From a virus: a stretch of DNA of 64,000 bases. The translations under genes and the position numbers were made by a program. Shown here one piece after another: positions 1-8,927 of the stretch. The first letter of the stretch is position 1. Each line of letters begins with the position of its first letter. The notes under the pieces were generated by a model. That model made no database searches. It was not told the origin of the DNA and saw only the letters and a program-made list of their open reading frames with translations. The stretch lies in IMG/VR virus record IMGVR_UViG_3300042562_002450, positions 64,001-128,000 of that record. One strand, written 5' to 3'.

Positions 1-55
1 TGGTATACATTTTGGTTAAAAGAAGTTTGTTGGTTTGAATAGACAATACGTGTGC

Positions 56-113
56 ATGTAGTCGCTGAAACGAGAAAACGGAAACACTACATTGACAGCC
101 TGGAAAGACAGGC
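56..113 (+). ncRNA. Possible 3' part of a structured non-coding RNA (two adjacent hairpins)
   Basis: ATGTAGT (56-62) pairs with ACTACAT (86-92), followed by GCCTG-GAAAGA-CAGGC (98-113). Non-coding, upstream of the first ORF. Family not identified. Confidence 0.2.
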
Positions 114-139
114 ATTACTTAATATTTAATTGAGAAAAT

Positions 140-688
140 ATGACAAATCAAAATCTTCCTCCTTTACAAATATATGTTCACAATAGTTTTTTATTTGAAA
201 ACGGAACTGGTACATCAGAAGGTACTTTAATAGGTGTTCGATCTTTAATGAATCAAGCATTTCAATTTACAGTACTAATGTCAGATGGAGCTCTATATAC
301 TGGATTACCGATTAATGCATTAACTAGAAAAAAAGAAAACAACACTATACTTCCTATACAAGAAGCACAAGCCTATGATTGTATTGGCTCAAGTATTGAA
401 GTAATTACTTTTGATGTTTTAAGATACATGAAATGTAAGTTGAAAACTTTTTTTAATATTTTGCATAATTGTTATTACTTATTTACGATTGATTTTATTG
501 ATGAGAATGGCTTAGCAAGGCATCCCGTTCAATGGAAACAATTTCATGTATTAGAGAATACAGATGGTAATCTTATGTGTTATCCTCAGTACAGAATACA
601 ATTTAAAGATGGTGCCTTTTGTTTTGACTCGGACAAAGACTTGCCTCGTTATAAATATAATGAAACTATTCATTTAGCTGAAACTTAA
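140..688 (+). CDS. Conserved phage hypothetical protein
   Basis: 182 aa ORF. Motifs such as GALYTGLPINAL, YLFTIDF and YPQYRIQF resemble a common uncharacterised myophage family (recalled, not searched). Confidence 0.75.
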   Translation: MTNQNLPPLQIYVHNSFLFENGTGTSEGTLIGVRSLMNQAFQFTVLMSDGALYTGLPINALTRKKENNTILPIQEAQAYDCIGSSIEVITFDVLRYMKCKLKTFFNILHNCYYLFTIDFIDENGLARHPVQWKQFHVLENTDGNLMCYPQYRIQFKDGAFCFDSDKDLPRYKYNETIHLAET

Positions 689-734
689 TTAAAAAAATAT
701 ACAATTAGCTTTGATATTTTCTTTAAGGAGAAAC

Positions 735-989
735 ATGAGTCTTTGGACTAGAATGTATTGTGATAACTGCCAGTTTGTTTTAATGCACTGTCAGTGCGAA
801 AAGGAAGAGCAAGTGAAACTCTCAGATCGATTTAACTCATACAGTATTGGTAATTATAATCTTGGTCTACAATTAGCTCTACGTAACCTTTTTGAAAAAA
901 AAGATTTTACAATAAGATACATTCAACTAATTTTTAAATTACTAGGAACACAATTTAAATTTGAATTTAAATTTGCTAATTCGATTTAG
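735..989 (+). CDS. Small hypothetical protein with CxxC...CxC motif
   Basis: AAGGAG RBS precedes ATG at 735 (track start 711 is TTG). Contains YCDNCQFVLMHCQC. Confidence 0.6.
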   Translation: MSLWTRMYCDNCQFVLMHCQCEKEEQVKLSDRFNSYSIGNYNLGLQLALRNLFEKKDFTIRYIQLIFKLLGTQFKFEFKFANSI

Positions 990-1449
990 GTATTCTTGAA
1001 AATAGTTCTTTAAGATAATAATCCCTATGCTGCTCATATTGAGGAAAGGTGTAGGGGTGCATTATACTTTTAGGCCTAACGAAAATGAAATCTCCTATCA
1101 TAGTATCATCATGCTCTAGGTCAAACATGCAATGGCCAAGCTCATGAATGATTGTCGATTCTCTCTGATAAGGGGTAGCATTATCCCAATAGGTTTTATC
1201 TATAAGAATAAACCTAAGAAACCTAGGCCCTTTAAAAAAATAACACACCCCTAACGTCCTATAACCCTCTTCTTTTTGAGGGATATCAACAATATCTATT
1301 GGTATATCTACTTTCTGATTAAAAGTTTCTTCAAAAACTTTAATGGAATTATTTAAAGGTGAACCATATTCCTTGCAAGTACCGCAACTAAACAGTAAAA
1401 AGATTAATAAGAATATGATTATATTATTACTCATAACTAATTTTATCAT
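976..1449 (-). CDS. Putative lipoprotein zinc metallopeptidase (HExxH)
   Basis: Hydrophobic N-terminus ending LLFSCG (lipobox-like). IIHELGHCMFDLEH fits the HExxHxxxxxH zincin motif. Confidence 0.7.
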   Translation of the reverse strand: MIKLVMSNNIIIFLLIFLLFSCGTCKEYGSPLNNSIKVFEETFNQKVDIPIDIVDIPQKEEGYRTLGVCYFFKGPRFLRFILIDKTYWDNATPYQRESTIIHELGHCMFDLEHDDTMIGDFIFVRPKSIMHPYTFPQYEQHRDYYLKELFSRIPKSN

Positions 1450-1566
1450 GATTTTTAAAAATACATGGTTTTTGAAACTAATATTTACTAACAGCTAAAG
1501 TCAAGATCTAAAAGTATAACTTCTATTGAAATATTTGCTATACAAAGATAATTAAAGATATTAATA

Positions 1567-1595
1567 TTACCAGATATAAATCAATATTTTATAAT
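1567..1595 (+). promoter_or_regulatory. Sigma70-like promoter
   Basis: TTACCA-N17-TATAAT, followed by GGAG RBS and ATG at 1620. Confidence 0.55.
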
Positions 1596-1619
1596 AATAA
1601 TACGGAGTTAGAAAATAAA

Positions 1620-2021
1620 ATGAGCAAAGAACTTTTTCACCAGCATTTACTTATCAGAGCATTTGTTAATAATCCACCAGTAGAAGAGACTATTCTTAAT
1701 CAGTGGATGACAGAGCTAGTTGCTGACATTGGAATGAAAGTGGTAGTTCCTGCCAAATCTAAGTACGTAGACGCAGTAGGCAATGAAGGACTTACTGGTT
1801 CTATTAATATTGAAACATCCCATATGGCTATTCATATCTGGTCTAAACAAGAGCCTGCGCGAATTGAAATGGATGTCTACTCTTGCGCTTGTTTTGAAGA
1901 AAAAACTATTCTTAAAAAACTTGATGAGTGGGGATTGATTAAATTTCATTCAATGATGATTGATAGGAATGGAGAAGAGTTTAAAGTTATATCTCAATCA
2001 GATGGATACCAAACGCCTTAA
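1620..2021 (+). CDS. speD: S-adenosylmethionine decarboxylase-like proenzyme (pyruvoyl-dependent, phage type)
   Basis: HQHLLIRA, GLTG-x4-ETSHMAIHIW and MDVYSC match the prokaryotic SpeD/SpeH proenzyme pattern; length 133 aa. Confidence 0.75.
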   Translation: MSKELFHQHLLIRAFVNNPPVEETILNQWMTELVADIGMKVVVPAKSKYVDAVGNEGLTGSINIETSHMAIHIWSKQEPARIEMDVYSCACFEEKTILKKLDEWGLIKFHSMMIDRNGEEFKVISQSDGYQTP

Positions 2022-2026
2022 GTTAA

Positions 2027-2767
2027 ATGAAAGATCCATATCTTAATATAATCCCAAATATTTATTTAGTTAGAGAAACTAAAGAAATTAAAAAAATAAG
2101 AAATGAGTACATTTTAACTAAAAGAAATTCCTTTACTAAGAAAGAAATATTAGAAAAAATAGTAAATACTACATATAATAGAAAATGGCCAAATGGCAAA
2201 ATTCATAGCTTATCTAAAAATGGTGAATACGTATCTCACTCAGTTACTCCATACGCTAAAGATTTCCTAGATAACATTGAAGATGGAATTAAGCCATTAG
2301 TTATAGCACTTAAAGATAAAGGATACTTATCCATAAGCAGTTGTGAAGGCCACAACCTTTGGGATCGTCGTTTTGTTGTATTGATTTTTCCAAGTAAAAA
2401 AGAAGCTATAAGCTTTCAGAACAAAATGCCTTTTAATGTTACATCTGAAATCAAGCATCATACAGAATTTCTGAATACTAGACTAAGTGTTGATGGATAT
2501 GGTCAGATACTGAATGCCGAAAAGAAAGAATTTAAAAAAGATCCAAATGAAAGTCTAGACTATATTAATACTTTTACTAAAAGAAATTATGCTGACGCAT
2601 GGTTTCTTGAGTTAATCATTATTGATAAGATAGAATATACAGATGGATTTTGGAAGTATATCAAAAACATTAAATATATATTATTTAGAAAGTTTTTTTT
2701 AAAGTTTTATACTAAATGCATTACTGACTATGTGCTATCAGACTCTATGCCAAGTAATATTTATTAA
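2027..2767 (+). CDS. Hypothetical protein with IEDGIKPLV..L..KGYLSISSCEGH motif
   Basis: 246 aa ORF. The SSCxGH motif loosely resembles Tyw3-like proteins; function unassigned. Confidence 0.7.
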   Translation: MKDPYLNIIPNIYLVRETKEIKKIRNEYILTKRNSFTKKEILEKIVNTTYNRKWPNGKIHSLSKNGEYVSHSVTPYAKDFLDNIEDGIKPLVIALKDKGYLSISSCEGHNLWDRRFVVLIFPSKKEAISFQNKMPFNVTSEIKHHTEFLNTRLSVDGYGQILNAEKKEFKKDPNESLDYINTFTKRNYADAWFLELIIIDKIEYTDGFWKYIKNIKYILFRKFFLKFYTKCITDYVLSDSMPSNIY

Positions 2768-2783
2768 CAAGCAGAGATAGAAA

Positions 2784-2945
2784 TTGAACCAATGCGAAAA
2801 AGACCTACGTGATTTATTAAAAAAATTAAATCAAATATTATCACTAGAAAGTATCGACGACAAAACATCTGATGCAATAACTGAAACTATGCTAAAATGT
2901 GAGGACATTTTATGGGCAGCAAGAAAGCTATCCAAACCAGCATAG
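2784..2945 (+). CDS. Small helical hypothetical protein (not in ORF track)
   Basis: TTG start; 53 aa (MNQCEKDLRDLLKKLNQILSLESIDDKTSDAITETMLKCEDILWAARKLSKPA). Fills the gap, and its stop abuts the GAGG RBS of the next gene. Confidence 0.45.
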   Translation: MNQCEKDLRDLLKKLNQILSLESIDDKTSDAITETMLKCEDILWAARKLSKPA

Positions 2946-2952
2946 AGGTTTT

Positions 2953-3624
2953 GTGTCTACCAAATTTTACTATAAGTTCTTATTTTGGCTAGTAAGTACA
3001 AGATTGTATCTTTGGGCAATGAAAAAGGTAATCCCCTTTATTCGTTTTACAACATACTATGCAATTCCAGAAAATAAAAAGTTTGCTCAATGGGGACCAT
3101 TAGAGCGTAAGGGCTATGCACGTCTTCAGCCTGGTGATCTTGTCTTTACTATTGATAAGATGAAGTTTTCATCAATGGTAATTGGCAGAGCAACAGCAAA
3201 ACTAGGACATAAGAAACCTCTTTTTACACCTAGTCACATAGCCTTGTGTGTCGCTAAGGGATCTGAATTTGAGATTGCAGAGATGACACATAATGACTTT
3301 ACTAGATCTACATGGGAAGATGTAACTAGAGGTTCTACTAGAGTTGTTATCGGAAGAATAGATAATTGGGACAAGGAATATATCACAGATGTAGTCATTC
3401 CAACAACACTTTCCTTTAGTGGTAAGAAGTACGATGATCGTTTTTTAATGGGAGAAGATTCTCTTGCCTGTTCTGAGCTTCCTTATTTTGCAGATAAAGA
3501 AAGAAGAGCAAAAGTTAACTTAGAACCAATTATTGGAACCGAACCATACATAACTCCAGTTGGCTGGATTCTTGCAGACAATATAGAATTTATTTGGGAT
3601 TCAAATGCTGAGCTTAATAACTAA
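2953..3624 (+). CDS. Permuted papain-like amidase (YiiX/YaeF, peptidase C92-like)
   Basis: LQPGDLVF, SHIALCV, EIAEM, GKKYD and ACSELPY give the His-before-Cys order of permuted NlpC/P60. GAGG RBS before in-frame GTG at 2953 (track start 2899). Confidence 0.75.
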   Translation: MSTKFYYKFLFWLVSTRLYLWAMKKVIPFIRFTTYYAIPENKKFAQWGPLERKGYARLQPGDLVFTIDKMKFSSMVIGRATAKLGHKKPLFTPSHIALCVAKGSEFEIAEMTHNDFTRSTWEDVTRGSTRVVIGRIDNWDKEYITDVVIPTTLSFSGKKYDDRFLMGEDSLACSELPYFADKERRAKVNLEPIIGTEPYITPVGWILADNIEFIWDSNAELNN

Positions 3625-3790
3625 ATCATTAAATGATATAAGACAACTTCTAGTAGGGATTCGGAATTCAGCATATGGATTGTTCCTTGGTATTGGATTA
3701 CAAACTATTAGTTTGATCTTTCATATATTAAAGAATACATTTGAACTTGGATTTAAACTTTATAAAGTAATAATGAAATAGGATATTGAT

Positions 3791-4339
3791 ATGACTACTA
3801 AAATATTTGATCCACAGTACGAGAAAAATTATAATGAAGCTGCTATAGATAAAAATAGACTTGCTGAAGTTACTCTTGTCTCTAAAAAGATACTTGAAAA
3901 CAAAGCACGATATTTGACTGTTAGCGAAAAGACAAGTATCCCTTGGGATATAATTGCTTGTCTTCATCTTAGGGAATCTTCTTTGCGTTTTGATTGTGTT
4001 CTTCATAATGGAGAAAGAATAATTGGAACAAGTAAGAAAACCAAGTTAGTTCCTGCTGGTCATGGTCCATTCTCAACATGGGAAGAGGCAGCGATAGATG
4101 CGCTTATGCTTAAGAAATATCTATTCCCAAAGACATGGTCTATTGCACTTCAGTTAAAATTCATTGAAGGCTTTAATGGTTTTGGTTACAGGAAACGTGG
4201 AGAACTTAGTCCATATGTTTGGGCTGGAACTACTAAACATAGTGAGAAAGGGAAGTATGTCGCTGATGGGCACTATGATCCAAATGCACCAGAGAAGCAA
4301 TTAGGTGCAGTCGCTATCTTGAAATATCTAAGAAAATAA
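3791..4339 (+). CDS. Lysozyme-family protein (candidate endolysin/muramidase)
   Basis: IPWDIIACLHLRESS, FSTWEEAAIDAL, EGFNGFGY, SPYVWAGT and GKYVADG match the COG5526-type lysozyme-like family from memory. Confidence 0.75.
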   Translation: MTTKIFDPQYEKNYNEAAIDKNRLAEVTLVSKKILENKARYLTVSEKTSIPWDIIACLHLRESSLRFDCVLHNGERIIGTSKKTKLVPAGHGPFSTWEEAAIDALMLKKYLFPKTWSIALQLKFIEGFNGFGYRKRGELSPYVWAGTTKHSEKGKYVADGHYDPNAPEKQLGAVAILKYLRK

Positions 4340-4507
4340 TTAAGGAAAAACATGCACATTCCACATAACTGCTACTCAGGTAGCTCTCCTATTTATTTTG
4401 CTAAAATAGGAATTAAGTTTCAAAATTAAAAAAATAAATTAGAAAAATTAAAGATGCTTTTGTTAGAAAACTAATTTAGAATAAGTAGTCTTTAATAAGG
4501 AGATTTA

Positions 4508-5977
4508 ATGACTTCAAGTAAAATAAAACACTACGTCCTAGACACCTGCGTTCTGCTTCATGATCCAGACTCTTTGCTTTCATTCCAAGAACATAATGTA
4601 TATCTACCATTAATAGTGATAGAAGAATTAGATAAGTTTAAGAAAGAAGAGAATGAGAAAGGTCGTAATTGCCGCTCTGCTACAAGAACAATTGACGAGC
4701 TAAGGATTCAAGGATCACTAACTGAGGGCGTTAAGCTTCCTGGTGGTGGAACTTTTAAAGTCCTTCCTGTCTACTCGGGTATGGGATCTCTTCCATTATC
4801 TTTTGATATTAATGACGATAAGATCCTTTCTACTACCGCTGTCTTGCAAACCCTACATAAGAATGATGAAGTTATTCTTGTCACTAATGACATTAATATG
4901 CGCGTTAGAGCAAATATATTTAAAATCCCAGTTGAGGTCTTTGGCAAGAAACTAAACAAGGACTTACTACATACAGGAATTAAAACTGTATATCTTGATC
5001 ATCCTGAGTATGCATCATTTAAACAACATGGACATGTAGCTCCATCAAGCTTAATTCATGTTCCTGGTAAAACTGTTTCTACAATACATAATAATGAAGA
5101 AACACTAATTCAACCTAACGATTATATTAAACTTGTAAATAAACAAGATGAGAATAAGTTTGCCTATGGAGCTTATGTCGCTTCTGTTAAATCTATTCAA
5201 AAGATTAGAGGTAAAAATGACCAAGTATTTGGTATCATTCCAAAAAATGATGAACAAGCTTGTGCGCTCGATGCACTTATGGATCCAGATATCAGCCTTG
5301 TTACTCTCATTGGCAAGGCAGGATCGGGGAAAACACTTATTGCTATCGCCGCAGCCCTTGAAGCTACATTAGAACATAAGATATATGATAAGATTTTAAT
5401 TGCTAGACCTGTTCAACCAATGGGTAAAGATATCGGGTACTTACCTGGAACCTTAGAAGAAAAGCTAGCTCCATGGATGCAACCAATTTTTGATAATCTT
5501 GAATTCCTTTTTTCTATTAAGAAAAAACATGTTGGTTCTTATGAACAAACAAAAAAACAAAAGATTAGACATACAAGAACTTCAAATTCAAGAAGAGGAG
5601 AGAAACCAGAAAAACCAGTTGAACAAGAATCTGCACCAAAGAAAAACTATGAATTCTTACTTGAAAGTAAAATGATTCAAGTTGAAGCTTTAACTTATAT
5701 TAGAGGACGATCAATTCCAAGACAGTTTATCATTATTGATGAGGCGCAAAACTTAACTCCTCATGAGATTAAAACAATTATAACTCGTGCTGGTGAAGGT
5801 ACCAAAATTGTTTTGACAGGTGATACTGAGCAGATTGATAATCCTTATTTAGACGAAGTAAGCAATGGACTAACTTATGCCGTGGAGCGTCTTAAGCATC
5901 TTGGTATGACTTCTCATATTACTTTATTTGAATGTGAAAGATCTGCCTTAGCTGAAGCTGGGACTAAGTTTTTATGA
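4508..5977 (+). CDS. phoH: PIN domain + PhoH-family ATPase (PhoH2/YlaK-like)
   Basis: N-terminal PIN (VLDTCVLLHDP, EELDKFK, DDKIL, VTNDINMR). C-terminal PhoH (GKAGSGKT, GYLPGTLEEK, YIRGRS, IIDEAQN, GDTEQID). Confidence 0.92.
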   Translation: MTSSKIKHYVLDTCVLLHDPDSLLSFQEHNVYLPLIVIEELDKFKKEENEKGRNCRSATRTIDELRIQGSLTEGVKLPGGGTFKVLPVYSGMGSLPLSFDINDDKILSTTAVLQTLHKNDEVILVTNDINMRVRANIFKIPVEVFGKKLNKDLLHTGIKTVYLDHPEYASFKQHGHVAPSSLIHVPGKTVSTIHNNEETLIQPNDYIKLVNKQDENKFAYGAYVASVKSIQKIRGKNDQVFGIIPKNDEQACALDALMDPDISLVTLIGKAGSGKTLIAIAAALEATLEHKIYDKILIARPVQPMGKDIGYLPGTLEEKLAPWMQPIFDNLEFLFSIKKKHVGSYEQTKKQKIRHTRTSNSRRGEKPEKPVEQESAPKKNYEFLLESKMIQVEALTYIRGRSIPRQFIIIDEAQNLTPHEIKTIITRAGEGTKIVLTGDTEQIDNPYLDEVSNGLTYAVERLKHLGMTSHITLFECERSALAEAGTKFL

Positions 5978-6063
5978 TAAAATCTATTAACTTTAGTTCG
6001 TCAAAAAAAACTATACTCCATATTTTCTTTAATATATAATCAGGCTATCTATATGGAGGCACA

Positions 6064-8913
6064 GTGACGGCTCAGACTACGTTTAAATCGGTATATAGGC
6101 CGGTTAGTAAAAAAATTAATACGGTTTTAGCAAATGCTGCACTAGATTTTTCTGGAAGAGCAACAAATATTGATTTCATAGCTAACCAACTAGCCCCCTT
6201 TGATTCTATCATTGGCAATGCTCATTTTATTGATGGGCAAACTGTCATTATTTCAAATAAAACTGGATTCGATATCATTCTAAATCCTTCTCTTATGGAG
6301 AATGGTTTATCTTATGATATTGAACCAGGGACCACTGCTGTCTTTCTTTATCTAGCTGATTTAAATAAGTTTTTTGATGCTGGTGGATCTGCTACATCTA
6401 TAGATATTCAAGAAAATTTAGATGCAGCTATCATTTCTATTAACTCAGAAATCCAATCAATAGAAACATTAATAGAAAGCAATTATGAAGAACTTGATCA
6501 AAGAGTAACTGAAGAAGAAGTAACAAGAGCTTTAGCAGATACAAATTTACAAAATCAAATTAACAATGTTTTATCAAACATAGACCCTTCAGCTATAGAT
6601 TCTTTTGTAGAAATTGTTGCCGCTTTTGAAGCTGCAGATTTAAACCTAAATGGTGCAATAACAAACTTATCAACAGCTCTTTCTCAACAAATATCAAGTC
6701 TTGACTTAGAGCTTGATCAAGAAAAGATTGATAGAGCATCTGGAGATGCAGCACTAGACACAAGGATAATCGCACTTGAAGATCAGGTTGGAGATGACTT
6801 ACAGACAGCAATAATAAGCCTTCAAGCATCAATAGCAGCAGAAGAATTAACAAGAATAGCTGCAGATGCTGCAACATTGCAATCAGCTAAAGACTACACC
6901 AATGCTGAGATTGAGGCAATTCCTTCTATTGATCTCTCATTATATGAGACTACTATAAACGTAGACTCTAAAGACGCTTCTACTTTAGCTGCAGCCAATC
7001 TTTATACAGACAATGCCATTGCAGAAATACCGCCTGTTGATCTAACAAGTTATGCTCCCATAGATTATGTTGATACAGAAATTGATCAAGCCGTAACAGG
7101 CCTTCAATCTCAAATCTCTTACATTACTCAGAATACTGACCCAGCAGCTATCGACTCTCTAGTCGAAGTTGTAACTGCATTTCAAGAAGCTGATCAAAAT
7201 TTAAATGGCGCAATAACAAACTTATCCACAACTCTTTCTCAACAAATATCAAGTCTTGATTCAGAGCTTGATCAAGAAAAACTTGATAGAGCATCTGGTG
7301 ATGCATCACTAGACACAAGGATAACTGTCCTTGAAGATCAGGTGGGAGATGACTTACAAACAGCAATAACAAGTTTGCAAGCATCAATAGCATCTGAAGA
7401 GTCTGCAAGAGTTGCTGCAGATTTAGATATAACAACAAGGATAGCCACACTAGAAGAAGAGATTGGAGACAATCTTCAACAAGCAATTTCTAGTCTACAA
7501 GCAGCAAATGCTACTTTAGATACTAGAATTACAGATCTTGAAGATCAAGTTGGAGATAACCTACAAACAGCAATATCTCAAATCCAATTAGATATTTCTG
7601 CAGAAGCAACAACGAGAGCCTCTGCCGATATTGCATTGCAAGCAAACATAACAAATGTTCAATCAAATCTTTCTCAAGAAATAATTGACAGAATTGCGGC
7701 AGACCAAACCCTCCAGTCAAACATTGGATTGGAAGCTACTAGAGCAACAGCTGTTGAGCAACAGATAGTAAGTAACCTTCTTACTGAAAAAACACGCATT
7801 GATGCAATTCTTCTCAGTACAGATAATTTGGATTCTCGCCTCGATATAATTGAACCTAAAGTATCAATTTTAGAAAGCGAAATGAATTTAGTCGAATCTA
7901 ATATTGCCTCTGAGATACAAAGAGCTATACTTGCTGAAGGCGAGTTAGATGGCAGACTTGATTCTCTTGAGCCAAAGGTATCTACACTTGAAACTGAAAT
8001 GGATGCTGTTGAGTCAAATCTTGCATCTGAAATACTAAGAGCTACGTTAGCCGAAAATGCGTTAGATAACAGACTTGATATTTTGGAACCAAAAGTTTCA
8101 ACTTTAGAAACAAAAATGGATTCAGTTCAGTCGGGTCTTTCTCAAGAAGTTCTTGATAGACAATCTATAGACTTAGCGCTTCAAGGACAAATTAATACAG
8201 AAAAGTTTCGCACTGATGCAATCCTTTTAGCTTCAGATGCTGACAAGGATACCTTTGCAGAAATAGTTCAGCTTATTAATTCAATAGACACAAGTAATGA
8301 TTCAGCATTTGCCTCATATGTCATATCTAACAATGCCGCAATTGGAAGTCTTGACTCAAGACTTGATTTCATTGAACCAAAAGTGACTACAGTTCAAGTT
8401 GATCTTGCTCAAGAAGTTGTAAGCAGAGAAAATGCCGACATTGTTTTGCAGCAGCAAGTTAATTTATCAAATTTAAATATTGATTCATTAGAAAGCTTAG
8501 CTTCTACTCAAGAGCAAGAAATTATAAATTTAAAGAAAAGAGTTCTTGAGCTAGAAATAGATCAAGATGATTTTTTATTTAAGAGAGAAAAAATAGCAAT
8601 TCAGTTACAGCAAGATCTTACTTATGTAGATCTTGAATACAAGGTAATACCTAATTCAATAGTCGCAAGCATTGATAGGTTAATGATTTATTTAAATGAT
8701 GATTTTGAAGTTTCAGAAGTAAACAACGTAACAAGAATAACATGGATTGGACCGTTAAACTTTACCACAGGGGATGAGAAAATAGGATTAGGTGATATTT
8801 TAAAAGTAAACTATAAAATATCAAATAGTGTTTTTGATTCTGCTCCAACTCCTTTAATCCTTGATGATGGTTCTTCTTTTACACTAGACAATGGTGATGA
8901 ATTAATTTTTTAA
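6064..8913 (+). CDS. Long coiled-coil virion fibre/structural protein
   Basis: 949 aa, GTG start after GGAGG. Acidic amphipathic repeats, IDSxVEIVxAF motifs typical of phage fibres, and a C-terminal beta domain shared with 12708-16448. Confidence 0.7.
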   Translation: MTAQTTFKSVYRPVSKKINTVLANAALDFSGRATNIDFIANQLAPFDSIIGNAHFIDGQTVIISNKTGFDIILNPSLMENGLSYDIEPGTTAVFLYLADLNKFFDAGGSATSIDIQENLDAAIISINSEIQSIETLIESNYEELDQRVTEEEVTRALADTNLQNQINNVLSNIDPSAIDSFVEIVAAFEAADLNLNGAITNLSTALSQQISSLDLELDQEKIDRASGDAALDTRIIALEDQVGDDLQTAIISLQASIAAEELTRIAADAATLQSAKDYTNAEIEAIPSIDLSLYETTINVDSKDASTLAAANLYTDNAIAEIPPVDLTSYAPIDYVDTEIDQAVTGLQSQISYITQNTDPAAIDSLVEVVTAFQEADQNLNGAITNLSTTLSQQISSLDSELDQEKLDRASGDASLDTRITVLEDQVGDDLQTAITSLQASIASEESARVAADLDITTRIATLEEEIGDNLQQAISSLQAANATLDTRITDLEDQVGDNLQTAISQIQLDISAEATTRASADIALQANITNVQSNLSQEIIDRIAADQTLQSNIGLEATRATAVEQQIVSNLLTEKTRIDAILLSTDNLDSRLDIIEPKVSILESEMNLVESNIASEIQRAILAEGELDGRLDSLEPKVSTLETEMDAVESNLASEILRATLAENALDNRLDILEPKVSTLETKMDSVQSGLSQEVLDRQSIDLALQGQINTEKFRTDAILLASDADKDTFAEIVQLINSIDTSNDSAFASYVISNNAAIGSLDSRLDFIEPKVTTVQVDLAQEVVSRENADIVLQQQVNLSNLNIDSLESLASTQEQEIINLKKRVLELEIDQDDFLFKREKIAIQLQQDLTYVDLEYKVIPNSIVASIDRLMIYLNDDFEVSEVNNVTRITWIGPLNFTTGDEKIGLGDILKVNYKISNSVFDSAPTPLILDDGSSFTLDNGDELIF
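6583..7401 (+). repeat. Internal duplication (~265 nt copies, 555 nt apart) in the fibre gene
   Basis: DPSAIDSFVEIVAAF...ASIAAEE starts at 6583 and DPAAIDSLVEVVTAF...ASIASEE starts at 7138, with near-identical DNA. Confidence 0.85.
7828..8160 (+). repeat. 117-nt (39-aa) tandem repeat, about 3 copies
   Basis: LDxRLDxxEPKVSxLE units start at 7828, 7945 and 8062. Confidence 0.85.
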
Positions 8914-8927
8914 TATAAGAGGAATAT

